Below, in pieces: positions 1 to 8,963 of a DNA stretch of 64,000 nucleotides (positions are counted from its first letter, which is position 1; each line of letters starts with the position of its first letter). The stretch is taken from assembly GCA_016188965.1 (NCBI GenBank), contig JACPGT010000013.1, positions 116,609 to 180,608 on the forward strand, read 5' to 3'. This DNA comes from Candidatus Micrarchaeota archaeon (GTDB lineage: Archaea; Micrarchaeota; Micrarchaeia; Norongarragalinales; Norongarragalinaceae). A program made the translations under genes and the position numbers. The notes under the pieces were generated by a model that saw only the letters and a list, made by a program, of their open reading frames with translations, ran no database searches and had not been told where the DNA came from.

Positions 1-365
1 AACGTGCCAATTGGGTTCAACCCTAAACTTTTTGCTGCGCTGCGGGCCGGAGCCTCGTCGATGCAGACGACGGGGAGACGATTTTCCAAAGCCAACGCCA
101 AGACCGAAGATTCACCCGCATCTAAAAAGGGCAACTCCAAGCGTTTTTTCACTTTCCGGACTTGGATGGACTTGCGTTGGACGGCCGCATCGATGACGCG
201 GGCATCCGGCTCCTTCTTCTCAAGACCCATCGTGACGGCTTCGTCGTAAACCGCCGGGGGAATCCATAAAGGTGTTTCAAACGTGTCCAAAAGCCAGTCC
301 AATTTTTTGGACTTGGCGAAGGTAATGAGGACGGATGAGTCCGCCACGGCGCGGACCTTATGCAT
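1..365 (-). CDS. DUF3368-type PIN-domain toxin (3' end runs off the window)
   Basis: Not in the ORF track; translated by hand from ATG at 365: MHKVRAVADSSVLITFAK...IPPAVYDE...LDAGESSVLALA...VCIDEAPARSAAKSLGLNPIGT, which has the PIN acidic motifs. Overlaps the antitoxin stop by 8 nt. Confidence 0.85.
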   Translation of the reverse strand, partial: MHKVRAVADSSVLITFAKSKKLDWLLDTFETPLWIPPAVYDEAVTMGLEKKEPDARVIDAAVQRKSIQVRKVKKRLELPFLDAGESSVLALALENRLPVVCIDEAPARSAAKSLGLNPIGT

Positions 366-651
366 GCAGGTCCTCCTCCAAATCAGATTGGCCGTAATGT
401 AAAGAGACGCCGCGACGGGCCAGTTCCGCATTCATCTCCCGCAGGCTCAAGCCGGCGATTTCGGCAGCCTTGGCGGTCGTGGCCCGGCCGTTGACGTATT
501 CCTCAATCGCCTTTTCCAGCAAAGCCTTGGACAAGCCTTTTTCCAAGACGTAACGGAAGACGAAACTTGAATCGGTCGCCGGCAGGAAACCCTTGACTTT
601 TTCCAGACGCGCCAATTGGGACTCTTCCAACCGCAGCGAAACAGTCTTCAT
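358..651 (-). CDS. UPF0175-family antitoxin (RHH-like N-terminus plus HTH)
   Basis: MKTVSLRL...AIEEYVNGRATTAKAAEIAGLSLREM...Y...DLEEDL; lies directly upstream of the DUF3368 PIN gene. Confidence 0.85.
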   Translation of the reverse strand: MKTVSLRLEESQLARLEKVKGFLPATDSSFVFRYVLEKGLSKALLEKAIEEYVNGRATTAKAAEIAGLSLREMNAELARRGVSLHYGQSDLEEDLHA

Positions 652-797
652 GAAAAACCACCAAGTAATACGATGCAATAATTGGTATTAAATCGTTGGC
701 AAACCGGTACTCTGCCATCCATGAACTCGGAGCGAAAAACCTTCCGCAAACGGACGTCCGAACCATTTATTTCCTCGCAAAGCGTAATGAGCCCATC

Positions 798-1922
798 ATG
801 CGCATCCTCATGCTGAACTTGTTCTTTCCGCCGTACGAAGGCGGCACCGAGAAGCACGTGTACGAAGTCAGCCGACGGCTGGCGAAAAAGCACGACGTGA
901 CGGTGCTGACGGCGCGGCTGCCCGGCACCAAGAAAGAAGAAACCGTGGACGGCATCCGCGTGGTGCGCACCCCCGCATGGGTGCTCAAAGATTTGCCCGG
1001 CCCCCTGCCGCCGCCGGTGCCCTTGATGCCCGAACACGCCGCCGACGTCCGACGGCTCCTGAAACAACACGACGTCCTGCACGCCCATAACCGATTCTTT
1101 TACGGACTTGACTTGGTCAACTGGACGAAGAAAGCCAAAAAGCCGCTGTATTTGACGTTGCACAACGCACGCCCCGACGGCATCGACTTTTCCACCGATT
1201 TTTGGGGCCAGGCGTACGACGACACCATCGGAAAGACCATCATGAACGCCTGCACTGGTGTGCTCGGCGTTAGCCGAAACACGCTGGACGTGACGCTGCC
1301 CAAGAAGTTCAAAGGCAAGACCGCCGTGGCGTACAATGGCGTGGACGGCACCGTTTTCCGGCCCCAGGCAAGCGGCGTGAAAGACCGCCTCGGCATCGAA
1401 CGCATGGTGCTCTGCGTGGCGCGCTTCGTGCCCCAAAAAGGCCTCGAATACCTGCTGGACGCCATGGCCGACGTGGACGCCGATTTGGTGCTCGTCGGAC
1501 GCGGACCCTTGGAGAAAAAACTCAAAAACCAGGCCAAAAAGCTGAAAATCGAAAACCGCGTGCACGTATTGACGCAGAAGATTACAAACAAAGAACTCGC
1601 GACGTACTACGCCGCGGCCGACGTTTTTTGTTTGCCGTCGTTGTGGGAGCCGTTCGGCATGGTCGCCGCCGAAGCCCTCGCTTGCAGCGTACCCGTCGTC
1701 GCTACGCGCATCGGCGGATTGCCGGAAGTCGTCCGCGACCCAAAAGACGGATTCCTCGTTCCTCCCAAAAGCCCCCACGCGCTTTCCAAACGCATCCAAC
1801 ACCTGCTGGACGACCCCAAAAAAGCGCGGAAAATGGGCCAAAGCGGCCGCGCGCACGTCCTGAAGAAGTTCACGTGGGAGAAAACCGCGGAAGCGTACGA
1901 AAAAATGTACCGGAACCGCTGA
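798..1922 (+). CDS. Glycosyltransferase family 4 (GT-B)
   Basis: MRILML..FFPPYEGGTEKH, ARFVPQKG, PSLWEPFGMVAAEALACSVPVV, GGLPEVV, FTWEKTA. Confidence 0.95.
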   Translation: MRILMLNLFFPPYEGGTEKHVYEVSRRLAKKHDVTVLTARLPGTKKEETVDGIRVVRTPAWVLKDLPGPLPPPVPLMPEHAADVRRLLKQHDVLHAHNRFFYGLDLVNWTKKAKKPLYLTLHNARPDGIDFSTDFWGQAYDDTIGKTIMNACTGVLGVSRNTLDVTLPKKFKGKTAVAYNGVDGTVFRPQASGVKDRLGIERMVLCVARFVPQKGLEYLLDAMADVDADLVLVGRGPLEKKLKNQAKKLKIENRVHVLTQKITNKELATYYAAADVFCLPSLWEPFGMVAAEALACSVPVVATRIGGLPEVVRDPKDGFLVPPKSPHALSKRIQHLLDDPKKARKMGQSGRAHVLKKFTWEKTAEAYEKMYRNR

Positions 1923-1949
1923 AACGAAAAAAATGGCGAACGGTAAAAA

Positions 1950-3086
1950 TCAGGGCGTCCGAGGTCCGGCCAGCAGCCATTCTTCGACCGTCTTGCACTC
2001 CGCACCCCGAGGCAAAACGGCGTCCACCGGTCTGGCCGTCAAAAGAAGGCCGCGTTCCGCCATCTTCATTCCGGACTGCAGGCCCTCCAGCTCGCGTGAA
2101 GGAAGCGAATCCCCGGAGAATACTTGGACTGCAAGCCGTGCCTTGCCGGGAGCCGTCGCGACAAAATCACACTCTGCCGTCCCGCCCAGGTATGCCAGGT
2201 CATAACCGCGGCGCGCCAATTCGACCGCCACCACGTTTTCCAGACGGCGGCCGAAATCCGGGCTTTCCGAAACGCTCACCGACTTCTGCAAACCCGTATC
2301 CCAGGCATAATGCTTGGTATCGGCCACCAACCGCTCACGAGGAGAGCGGACTAACGGAGGCACTCGCAACACCAAAAACGCGTCGACCAGTCCGTCCACG
2401 TACGACCGCAGGGTCGGCTGGCTTATGCCCAAGGCATCCGCCGTCTTTTTCGACGAGATGACTTTGCCGCTTTCCGACAGCAACAAGATGGCCAGGTCCT
2501 TCAACGAGTTGACTTCCCGAATGCCCTTGCGCGCCGCCACGTCTCGCAAGACCGCCAACTCGAAATACAGCCGATGCAAGGTGGGCGCATCATTCGTGCG
2601 CAACACGCATTCCGGATAACCCCCCACGCGGAGGTATTGCTCGAACGAGTTCAGGCCCCACGCCCGGGCATTACGGAACGACAAGGGCAACACATGCTGG
2701 GGAACGGCGCGGCCGGCCAGGATGGTGCTGATTTCCTTGGATAGAAGCGACGCGCTGGAACCAGTCACCAACACGTGGTGTCTGCCATACTCGATTTCTT
2801 CCCGCACCAGGCGCTCCCAACCGGACAACGTCTGGATCTCATCCAGCACCAGCAAACCGCCTTTGGGTACGGCCTTAACCGCGTCAGCCAGTGCCGGGAC
2901 GGAAGACGGAGCGCCGGTCTTTTCCAAGTCAAAATACTGCCCCTGGCCCCCTTTAGACTGCCACGCATCCAACAGGCGCAACGCCAGCGTGCTTTTGCCC
3001 GCCCGTCGCGGCCCGATCAAAGCTAACGCTTCCTTCCAGGACAATTTCCCGAAAAGGCCCAATTCCTCCTCCCGCGGCAACGACAT
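1950..3086 (-). CDS. AAA_14 + DUF4143 ATPase (COG1373 type)
   Basis: Walker A GPRRAGKS, Walker B LVLDEIQ, TGSS, GGYPE, K.Y..DTG, ENVV..EL, and a C-terminal ECDFV...VQV PD-(D/E)xK-like tail. Confidence 0.92.
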   Translation of the reverse strand: MSLPREEELGLFGKLSWKEALALIGPRRAGKSTLALRLLDAWQSKGGQGQYFDLEKTGAPSSVPALADAVKAVPKGGLLVLDEIQTLSGWERLVREEIEYGRHHVLVTGSSASLLSKEISTILAGRAVPQHVLPLSFRNARAWGLNSFEQYLRVGGYPECVLRTNDAPTLHRLYFELAVLRDVAARKGIREVNSLKDLAILLLSESGKVISSKKTADALGISQPTLRSYVDGLVDAFLVLRVPPLVRSPRERLVADTKHYAWDTGLQKSVSVSESPDFGRRLENVVAVELARRGYDLAYLGGTAECDFVATAPGKARLAVQVFSGDSLPSRELEGLQSGMKMAERGLLLTARPVDAVLPRGAECKTVEEWLLAGPRTP

Positions 3087-3191
3087 AATGAAAACATGAT
3101 TTCAGCACATATAAATAACTATCGTATAAATAAAAAATACTTAAATACAGTGAAAGTAGAGGGAGGCATTCAAGTACACAGACAGTCGCCA

Positions 3192-3255
3192 GCACGCTTG
3201 AAGAAGACCATGGGACAAGACGGCAAAAGCGTACGAAAAGATTTATTCGTTTTGA
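3192..3255 (+). pseudogene. Decayed copy of a GT4 3' end
   Basis: 3211-3255 reads WDKTAKAYEKIYSF*, compared with GT4 WEKTAEAYEKMYRNR*; the upstream gcacg/tgaagaag also matches. Confidence 0.7.
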
Positions 3256-4010
3256 AGCAAGGACAGGACGGACGCGACGACTTCGTCGGCGATCGGCCCG
3301 AATTCCGGGGGACTCTTCATCAAAACGCCCAATTCAGAACGCCATATCTTGGCTTTGGATTGGACGGCAGATGCGAATTCATCGCGAGCGAAACGAACAT
3401 CGTAATACTTCAATTTCTTGTTCACCGAATCCAAATCCGTCCGGACGCCTTTTCGCAGCAAAAACCATGCGTCGTAGACATCGCGCGCCTTGTCCCGTGT
3501 CAATAACGCCCGTATTTTTTCCGACAGAATCTCCGCGGAATCCAAGGCGTAAACGGTGTACGGCCGGATGTCGTCATACGGAGGCACGACCCTTCGCGCC
3601 TGCGCAGGCAAAAGCGGTTTCTCGCGAAGACTCAATTCCAACGTCAGATGCTGCATGCTTTTGGCCTCGCCGTTGAAAAGAGGGCCCGCTAGCTGGACTT
3701 TGAAGGATGCGGAACGCTCATCCGTGAACCTGCGGGATAAGCGCGGCTTGAAATCGTCAACGGTGGCCAACGCGTGTTCAACCCACTCAAGCGGGCTTCT
3801 ATCCGCAGAGACCGTGAAATCCAAATCCTCCGAAAAACGGTCCAGACCCATCGTTTTCTGCAAGCACGTGCCGCCTTTGAACACGAATTCCGTCGTGGTC
3901 TTTGAATAGACGGCCCGCAGCAACTGGTGCTGCAGGTAATCCTTCTCCGCTTGGTACAAGTGGAAGCCCAGCGTCCTTGCTTTTCGCGCCAACTCCTCCC
4001 GCGTAATCAT
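3243..4010 (-). CDS. AbiEii/AbiGii nucleotidyltransferase toxin (type IV TA)
   Basis: AEKDY, FKGGTCL, RFSEDLDF, EKIRAL..R.KARDVYD; ATGA overlap with the AbiEi gene. Confidence 0.92.
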   Translation of the reverse strand: MITREELARKARTLGFHLYQAEKDYLQHQLLRAVYSKTTTEFVFKGGTCLQKTMGLDRFSEDLDFTVSADRSPLEWVEHALATVDDFKPRLSRRFTDERSASFKVQLAGPLFNGEAKSMQHLTLELSLREKPLLPAQARRVVPPYDDIRPYTVYALDSAEILSEKIRALLTRDKARDVYDAWFLLRKGVRTDLDSVNKKLKYYDVRFARDEFASAVQSKAKIWRSELGVLMKSPPEFGPIADEVVASVLSLLQNE

Positions 4011-4699
4011 TCCATCGCCTCGTTCACCAGGATGCGCCACGCCGCGTTCTTGCTGCCGCGGGAAGGCAAATTCGGATTCAACAAGCCATAGGACGGGGTC
4101 ACGAGCTTCCTCAAACCCGATGCATCCAGACCGGCCCGCTCCATCAGGAAACCCAGGCGCTTGGCCACGATCGGCGAATCGAACCGCTTTGCATACTCCA
4201 CCAATTTGGACGCGTCCAACTGCCCGACTGCGGACGCTGCCTCGGTAATGGGTAAATGCTCCGGTAGGTACAAACCGTCCAGCACCGCCTTTTCAGGCTC
4301 GGCCACCGTTACCGAGCCATACCGCTTGAACCCGAAATAGCGGAAAGCTGAAAGACGGATGAAAACAAAACGCGCGGATCCCACCGTCGCCGTCTTTTTC
4401 GGTTTTGGACAGGCGAGTTGGAGGGTGCGCGGCAATTGGGACGTCAAACCGTGGAATGACAACGCCGACAAGAACGACACGTACCCCACACCAAAGGCTT
4501 CAGCGATTTCGAACGGGGTGCGATCGGCGAGGACGAACTTGCCCCGCTCGACGCGGGCGATGGCTCCTCGTTTGATTGCTCGGGCCAGGAACAATTTGAC
4601 GTACTCCGGCTTTTTGCGCATCACGCGGGCGGCATCTGCAAGGGTGAACGACGTCAAGCCCAGTCCGGATAATTCCTTCATGAATTCGAACAACTTCAC
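4007..4699 (-). CDS. AbiEi-type antitoxin / transcriptional regulator
   Basis: N-terminal wHTH (RVERGKF), YVSFLSALSFHGLT.Q, AEPEKAVLD, KRLGFL; GTG start at 4699 preferred (ORF extends to 4720). Confidence 0.88.
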   Translation of the reverse strand: MKLFEFMKELSGLGLTSFTLADAARVMRKKPEYVKLFLARAIKRGAIARVERGKFVLADRTPFEIAEAFGVGYVSFLSALSFHGLTSQLPRTLQLACPKPKKTATVGSARFVFIRLSAFRYFGFKRYGSVTVAEPEKAVLDGLYLPEHLPITEAASAVGQLDASKLVEYAKRFDSPIVAKRLGFLMERAGLDASGLRKLVTPSYGLLNPNLPSRGSKNAAWRILVNEAME

Positions 4700-4906
4700 G
4701 ATTCCACACCCTACCTCCACACCGGATTAGTTCATAAGTTAATAAAGATATCTTTTTTGATATCTTTAAGCATACATAAACACAAACTCGAAGTATTTTG
4801 TGAAACCACAACGGCCGAAAGCAGCGAAAACGAGAAGCCCGATTCGGGATTAGCAGGGTGAAAAACAAAAGAGCATTGTCGAAAAACCGGGACGGAATCC
4901 GACAGC

Positions 4907-5006
4907 AAAATCAGCGGGTTGCCGGAAGTCGTCCAAAAAAAGCTCAAAAAAAAGGGGGGACAAGACGGAAAAAGCATACGAAAAAATGTATCATGCGGCA
5001 GCTTAG
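4907..5006 (+). pseudogene. Second decayed copy of a GT4 3' end
   Basis: KISGLPEVV at 4907-4933 (ttgccggaagtcgtcc identical to GT4) and DKTEKAYEKMYHAAA* at 4959-5006, with an internal deletion between them. Confidence 0.7.
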
Positions 5007-5110
5007 CTTCGCGGGTCGAGCCGCCGGCACCGCAACGGTCCGACAAAAACCGGCAGCCGACGGACAAAGCCCGGCGCGGGGTAGGCGTGCGGGCAAGCAC
5101 GTAAAGGCAC

Positions 5111-6547
5111 TCACTTCGCGAGGTGTTCGCCCATCAAGCGCATTTTTTCCGACGTCAGCGTCCAAGGCGAAACCTTGTTGCCCGGTTCAACCAAGGTATT
5201 TGGAACGTCGGAAAAGTTGAGGTATTTCCATCGCTCGGAAATGCGCGGGTCTTTGAAACGCTTGAGGGATTCTTCGAACGGTTTGGCGCCGCGCGCGGCA
5301 AAGCCATCCAGGCCTACGAACGGCACGTGGTGGCGTTTGAGCACGTCGGCATAATGGTTCAAACCGTCCACGCTTTGCAAAGAATTCGGATAAAACAAGC
5401 CGCCGGCGCCGGAAACGTACGGCTTGACGGTTTGCGCCAGTAGCGAAATCTCGTCGGCTTGCGCGGAAAAAAGCGCCGGGTCGTGCGGCAACAAAGGCGA
5501 GAACACGACCGAGACGTTCGCCTTGCCTCCGAACGCCGCGTGCACCGAGCGGAAAGCCTCGCGCACCGCGCCCAAGGGCTGGACCAAATCCTTATTCTCT
5601 TTCCAATAATACGGGGAACGCGGAGAATTCAAGCCGGGGGCGAATTGCAGCGTGGCGGGCCCGAATTCGGAGACGTCTTTGGCAATGGAATCCAGCGTGG
5701 CGTGGTACTTCGGGACGTTGTACAGGCCTTCCGTCGGCTCCAGCACGAAGTGCGGCCGCACGCCGGCCTGCACCATGGCACGCAAGTCGTCGCGCTCCTC
5801 CGGCGTGAAAAAACCGTTCCCGGGCTGGCGCATCCAGCGTTGTTGCGAGTCCTGGTTAAGGCGGATGAAGACGGAGTTGCCGGAAAAACGCACGCCGCTT
5901 TTGTGGCCCAAATCGGCCAACGCCTCGTGCGGCACGAAATGCACCGGCGTTTTGGGAACCGGCCCGACGACTTCCCGACCCTGCGATTGACGCCAGGACG
6001 CCAACGGGTACGCGCCGATGGCGACGCGTTGCGCGAACGAAGACGCCGCCTTGTCCGAAAAGGGCCCTTCCGAAAGGAAGCGGATCAGACGCATGAAAGG
6101 GTTGGTTCCGGCCAAACCCACGGCAGCGGTGGTGACGCCAGCGGCTCCCACGGCCGCGCCACCGAGGAACTTGCGGCGGGAAATCGGGCGCTCCCAGAAC
6201 GGCAGTTTCTCGACGGCAGGATCAACGACTTGGAAAGTATGGCGGCCAATCTTGAATTCCAGGTCGTGTTGCAGAACGATCCGATCTGATGGCGTCAACA
6301 AACGACTGCGGAACGCTTCGGGCTCCCGCACGTGCACATCGCCTTGACGCCTGAACAAAACATATTGACCCGAAGCCAAACGCTGGATAACGGCATGACG
6401 CAGTTTGACGTCACTGGATTTCGGCAAGTGAAAACGAGGGCCGGGACGGTGGCCCAAAGAAACGGCATCACCGGCCTTGAGCGACAAGGATTCTTCTTGA
6501 AATGCACCCGGACGTGGGCGACCGATTCGACGAATGATAAAATCCAT
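5111..6547 (-). CDS. FHA-like domain + twin-arginine-like/TM segment + degenerate GH26-like barrel
   Basis: VSLGH...VKLRHAVI...FKIGRHTFQV (FHA-like); ISRRKFLGGAAVGAAG; PHFVLEP...LQFAPGLNSPRSPYYW...NVSVVFSP...YVSGAG (GH26 pattern). Confidence 0.6.
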   Translation of the reverse strand: MDFIIRRIGRPRPGAFQEESLSLKAGDAVSLGHRPGPRFHLPKSSDVKLRHAVIQRLASGQYVLFRRQGDVHVREPEAFRSRLLTPSDRIVLQHDLEFKIGRHTFQVVDPAVEKLPFWERPISRRKFLGGAAVGAAGVTTAAVGLAGTNPFMRLIRFLSEGPFSDKAASSFAQRVAIGAYPLASWRQSQGREVVGPVPKTPVHFVPHEALADLGHKSGVRFSGNSVFIRLNQDSQQRWMRQPGNGFFTPEERDDLRAMVQAGVRPHFVLEPTEGLYNVPKYHATLDSIAKDVSEFGPATLQFAPGLNSPRSPYYWKENKDLVQPLGAVREAFRSVHAAFGGKANVSVVFSPLLPHDPALFSAQADEISLLAQTVKPYVSGAGGLFYPNSLQSVDGLNHYADVLKRHHVPFVGLDGFAARGAKPFEESLKRFKDPRISERWKYLNFSDVPNTLVEPGNKVSPWTLTSEKMRLMGEHLAK

Positions 6548-6622
6548 ATCAATCCTTTTCGCATAACGGAATAAATATAGCCCGCGCAGGCCCACAAGAA
6601 GACGGGAGACGGTGGACAAAAA

Positions 6623-7261
6623 ATGCAGACCAAAAGAATTCACCTCGAACGTGTGAAATTGGCCATCCAAAGAAGAAAACCCGTATCTATATGCGTGGTG
6701 TGCGGTGCTAACCAAGTGCGCAGCCCGTTGGCCGAATTTTTATTGCACCAATGGTTTCAAGATCAACGCCATCCGCAAACCGGCAAGAAGTTGGATAACG
6801 TCCGCGTTTCTTCACGCGGCATGCGAGCAATCTCCGGAGAGGCACTACCGAAAAACGTGCGAGCCATGCTGTTGGAACACGTGCACGCTCAAAATCCAAT
6901 CTACGTAACCCGACGCGCCGAAATGTTTCGCACGCAGGACTGCCAACCCCCGCGCCGAGTGTTGGCCCAACACCATCTGATACTCTTTCTGGAACCGGCC
7001 GACCGCGATGCATTCATCAACCAATTCTCAGAACCTGAATCACGCGCCGAAGCTGTGCGAAAAGCTTGGACGCTTAAGGGCTTGGCCTTGAATCAAGAAG
7101 ACCGATCCGACTCGGATTCGAATCACGTTCCGGATCCAGGACGATTGCACCAAACCGGAAATCGGTGGCAGAAAACCATTCTTCGCCAAGTTCGAAACCT
7201 CTGTAAACTTGCATTCAACCGGGTGATCGAACCGAACAGCAGCACGCCGATCACACCGTAA
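6623..7261 (+). CDS. Low-molecular-weight protein tyrosine phosphatase / ArsC-like protein
   Basis: VVCGANQVRSPLAE (CX5R P-loop), VSSRG, VPDP. Confidence 0.8.
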   Translation: MQTKRIHLERVKLAIQRRKPVSICVVCGANQVRSPLAEFLLHQWFQDQRHPQTGKKLDNVRVSSRGMRAISGEALPKNVRAMLLEHVHAQNPIYVTRRAEMFRTQDCQPPRRVLAQHHLILFLEPADRDAFINQFSEPESRAEAVRKAWTLKGLALNQEDRSDSDSNHVPDPGRLHQTGNRWQKTILRQVRNLCKLAFNRVIEPNSSTPITP

Positions 7262-7445
7262 TCCCATCCCAGCAAATCGAGGAAAACAACTAACGCGGCC
7301 ATGCTGAATCGTTACGTCAGAAAATAGCCCGGAAAAAAAACGTGAATTCAAAAAAAAACGGAACGTTTTAGCGTCCAGCACAACACGTCACGGGCCCTGT
7401 CGGCCAATATGATGGTATAAAAAGGCAGAAGAAAAAAAACCACTC

Positions 7446-8879
7446 ATGGAATTGGTTTTACCCCGTCCCCGCGCCGAGGAAGGAATCCGATGGCGTTGGC
7501 CGGATTCCGGCATCATCCGAGACTTATTCCAACGAATAAGTCCACGGGAACGAATCACCGATCCTCGTGTCGCTGCACAACACCACTATTTGGAACAATT
7601 GGGTCAACAAGATCGCGCGCGCTCGGCGTCTTGGACAAAAACGCTCTATCGATTAACCGGGGGCCGGACCGGCTACCTTCAGGAATTGAACCGTTTCAAC
7701 CGAAGCCTGCCATCCATGCACAAGGATTGCAAGATGAGTGTCGTCATCGCGGCGGCCAACGAGGAACAGAACATTACCCGAACGTTGGAAGGCTGGACCA
7801 CGCGCCAACATCGGGTCAATCCAAACGATTACGAAATCGTCGTGTTGGTCAATAAGCCAAACGCGGCAGCGAAATGGGACAAGACGGCCGATCGCGTGCG
7901 CGAATTCCAACGCAAGAATCCCCGGTACAGAATCCGACTGGTCCAAAAAGAGTTCAATTTTCCCGAACAGGACATCGGCCTGAACGGCCAGAGAATCACC
8001 AAAGGCGTGCACATGGGGCTTATATTCAAATTCGCATCCGACCTATCATTGTTGCGCAACCTGAACAGGAAAAGCACACAAAAAGCCAATCACATGATCA
8101 TTACGTCTGGCGGAGACGTGGTCGCGCGGCACCCCAAGCTTGTTCGCTGGCTCCTGGCACAAGGACAAAAGGAACCGGGAGCTGACTTCTTGAAAATCGG
8201 TTACGGCTTGGCTCCGTCCGTAGCCCGACGAGTGCCGTTGTATTGGGCGTTTCATAATTACCGCAACGCGTTTTCGGACGTCTACAACGGTACGCGCCCC
8301 CGAAGGCATGGCGCATTCCGCGCGGCCGCGTATGCTGGCGTAGGGGGGTTCAATCCCGATCGCAACGTCGCGGAGGAAATCGAGTTTGGAAAGCGTTTGA
8401 CGGATGCCGGCGCGGTTATTTCAGAGCCCGAATTCATTGGAGTCTTGGACAATCCCCGCCGAAGCCTGCACACGCTTCTGGCCAACCGCCCGATGGTCGG
8501 AGAGTACCGTAATTTTGATGCGGACGAAGCGCTCAAAGACATGGGGGAAGGCCATCTCAGACAAATTCCGCCATGGGCTTTGCTGAACGCTCAAAACCTG
8601 TCGCGGGAAGTCTCGTCCCATTTCAACGCGTACATGCAACGGATGCGTCAGATGCGTACGCCGGGTTGGTTTACCAAAACACAGCGAATGCTGGCGGCCG
8701 GCATGGAACAAATCGGCTTGACGCCGGCGGATTACCGCGTGCAAGTCCAGCAGACACCGACGGGACGTATCACGGGAGCGCGCGTGCAAATACTGAATGT
8801 GGAGAAAGTCTGGCAAGCTCACCGGCAAAGCCTCCAAAGTCAGACGCATTCGTGGGTGCGCCAGGCACCGATGTTCTAG
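7446..8879 (+). CDS. Divergent GT2-like glycosyltransferase with N- and C-terminal extensions
   Basis: SVVIAAANEEQNITRTL, YEIVVLVN, AFRAAAYAGVGGF..AEEIEFGKRL, NPRR. Confidence 0.7.
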   Translation: MELVLPRPRAEEGIRWRWPDSGIIRDLFQRISPRERITDPRVAAQHHYLEQLGQQDRARSASWTKTLYRLTGGRTGYLQELNRFNRSLPSMHKDCKMSVVIAAANEEQNITRTLEGWTTRQHRVNPNDYEIVVLVNKPNAAAKWDKTADRVREFQRKNPRYRIRLVQKEFNFPEQDIGLNGQRITKGVHMGLIFKFASDLSLLRNLNRKSTQKANHMIITSGGDVVARHPKLVRWLLAQGQKEPGADFLKIGYGLAPSVARRVPLYWAFHNYRNAFSDVYNGTRPRRHGAFRAAAYAGVGGFNPDRNVAEEIEFGKRLTDAGAVISEPEFIGVLDNPRRSLHTLLANRPMVGEYRNFDADEALKDMGEGHLRQIPPWALLNAQNLSREVSSHFNAYMQRMRQMRTPGWFTKTQRMLAAGMEQIGLTPADYRVQVQQTPTGRITGARVQILNVEKVWQAHRQSLQSQTHSWVRQAPMF

Positions 8880-8963
8880 AGGACGCGCCAAAAAGGCGGA
8901 GACAATAATAATATACTCGGCCTTATCTCGAAATATGAGACTCACATTCAGGAGGAGAGAGGC

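Noticed and set aside
648-1856. 402-aa minus-strand ORF, and similar long ORFs at 10399-11772, 21408-23111, 23358-25496, 39588-41477, 45489-47030 and 60210-61763
   Set aside because: Antisense shadows of well-supported genes; expected in high-GC3 DNA and carry no motifs.
7874-7888. 15-bp identity (ATGGGACAAGACGGC) with 3210-3224
   Set aside because: Lies in frame inside the GT2 gene with no flanking similarity; probably chance.
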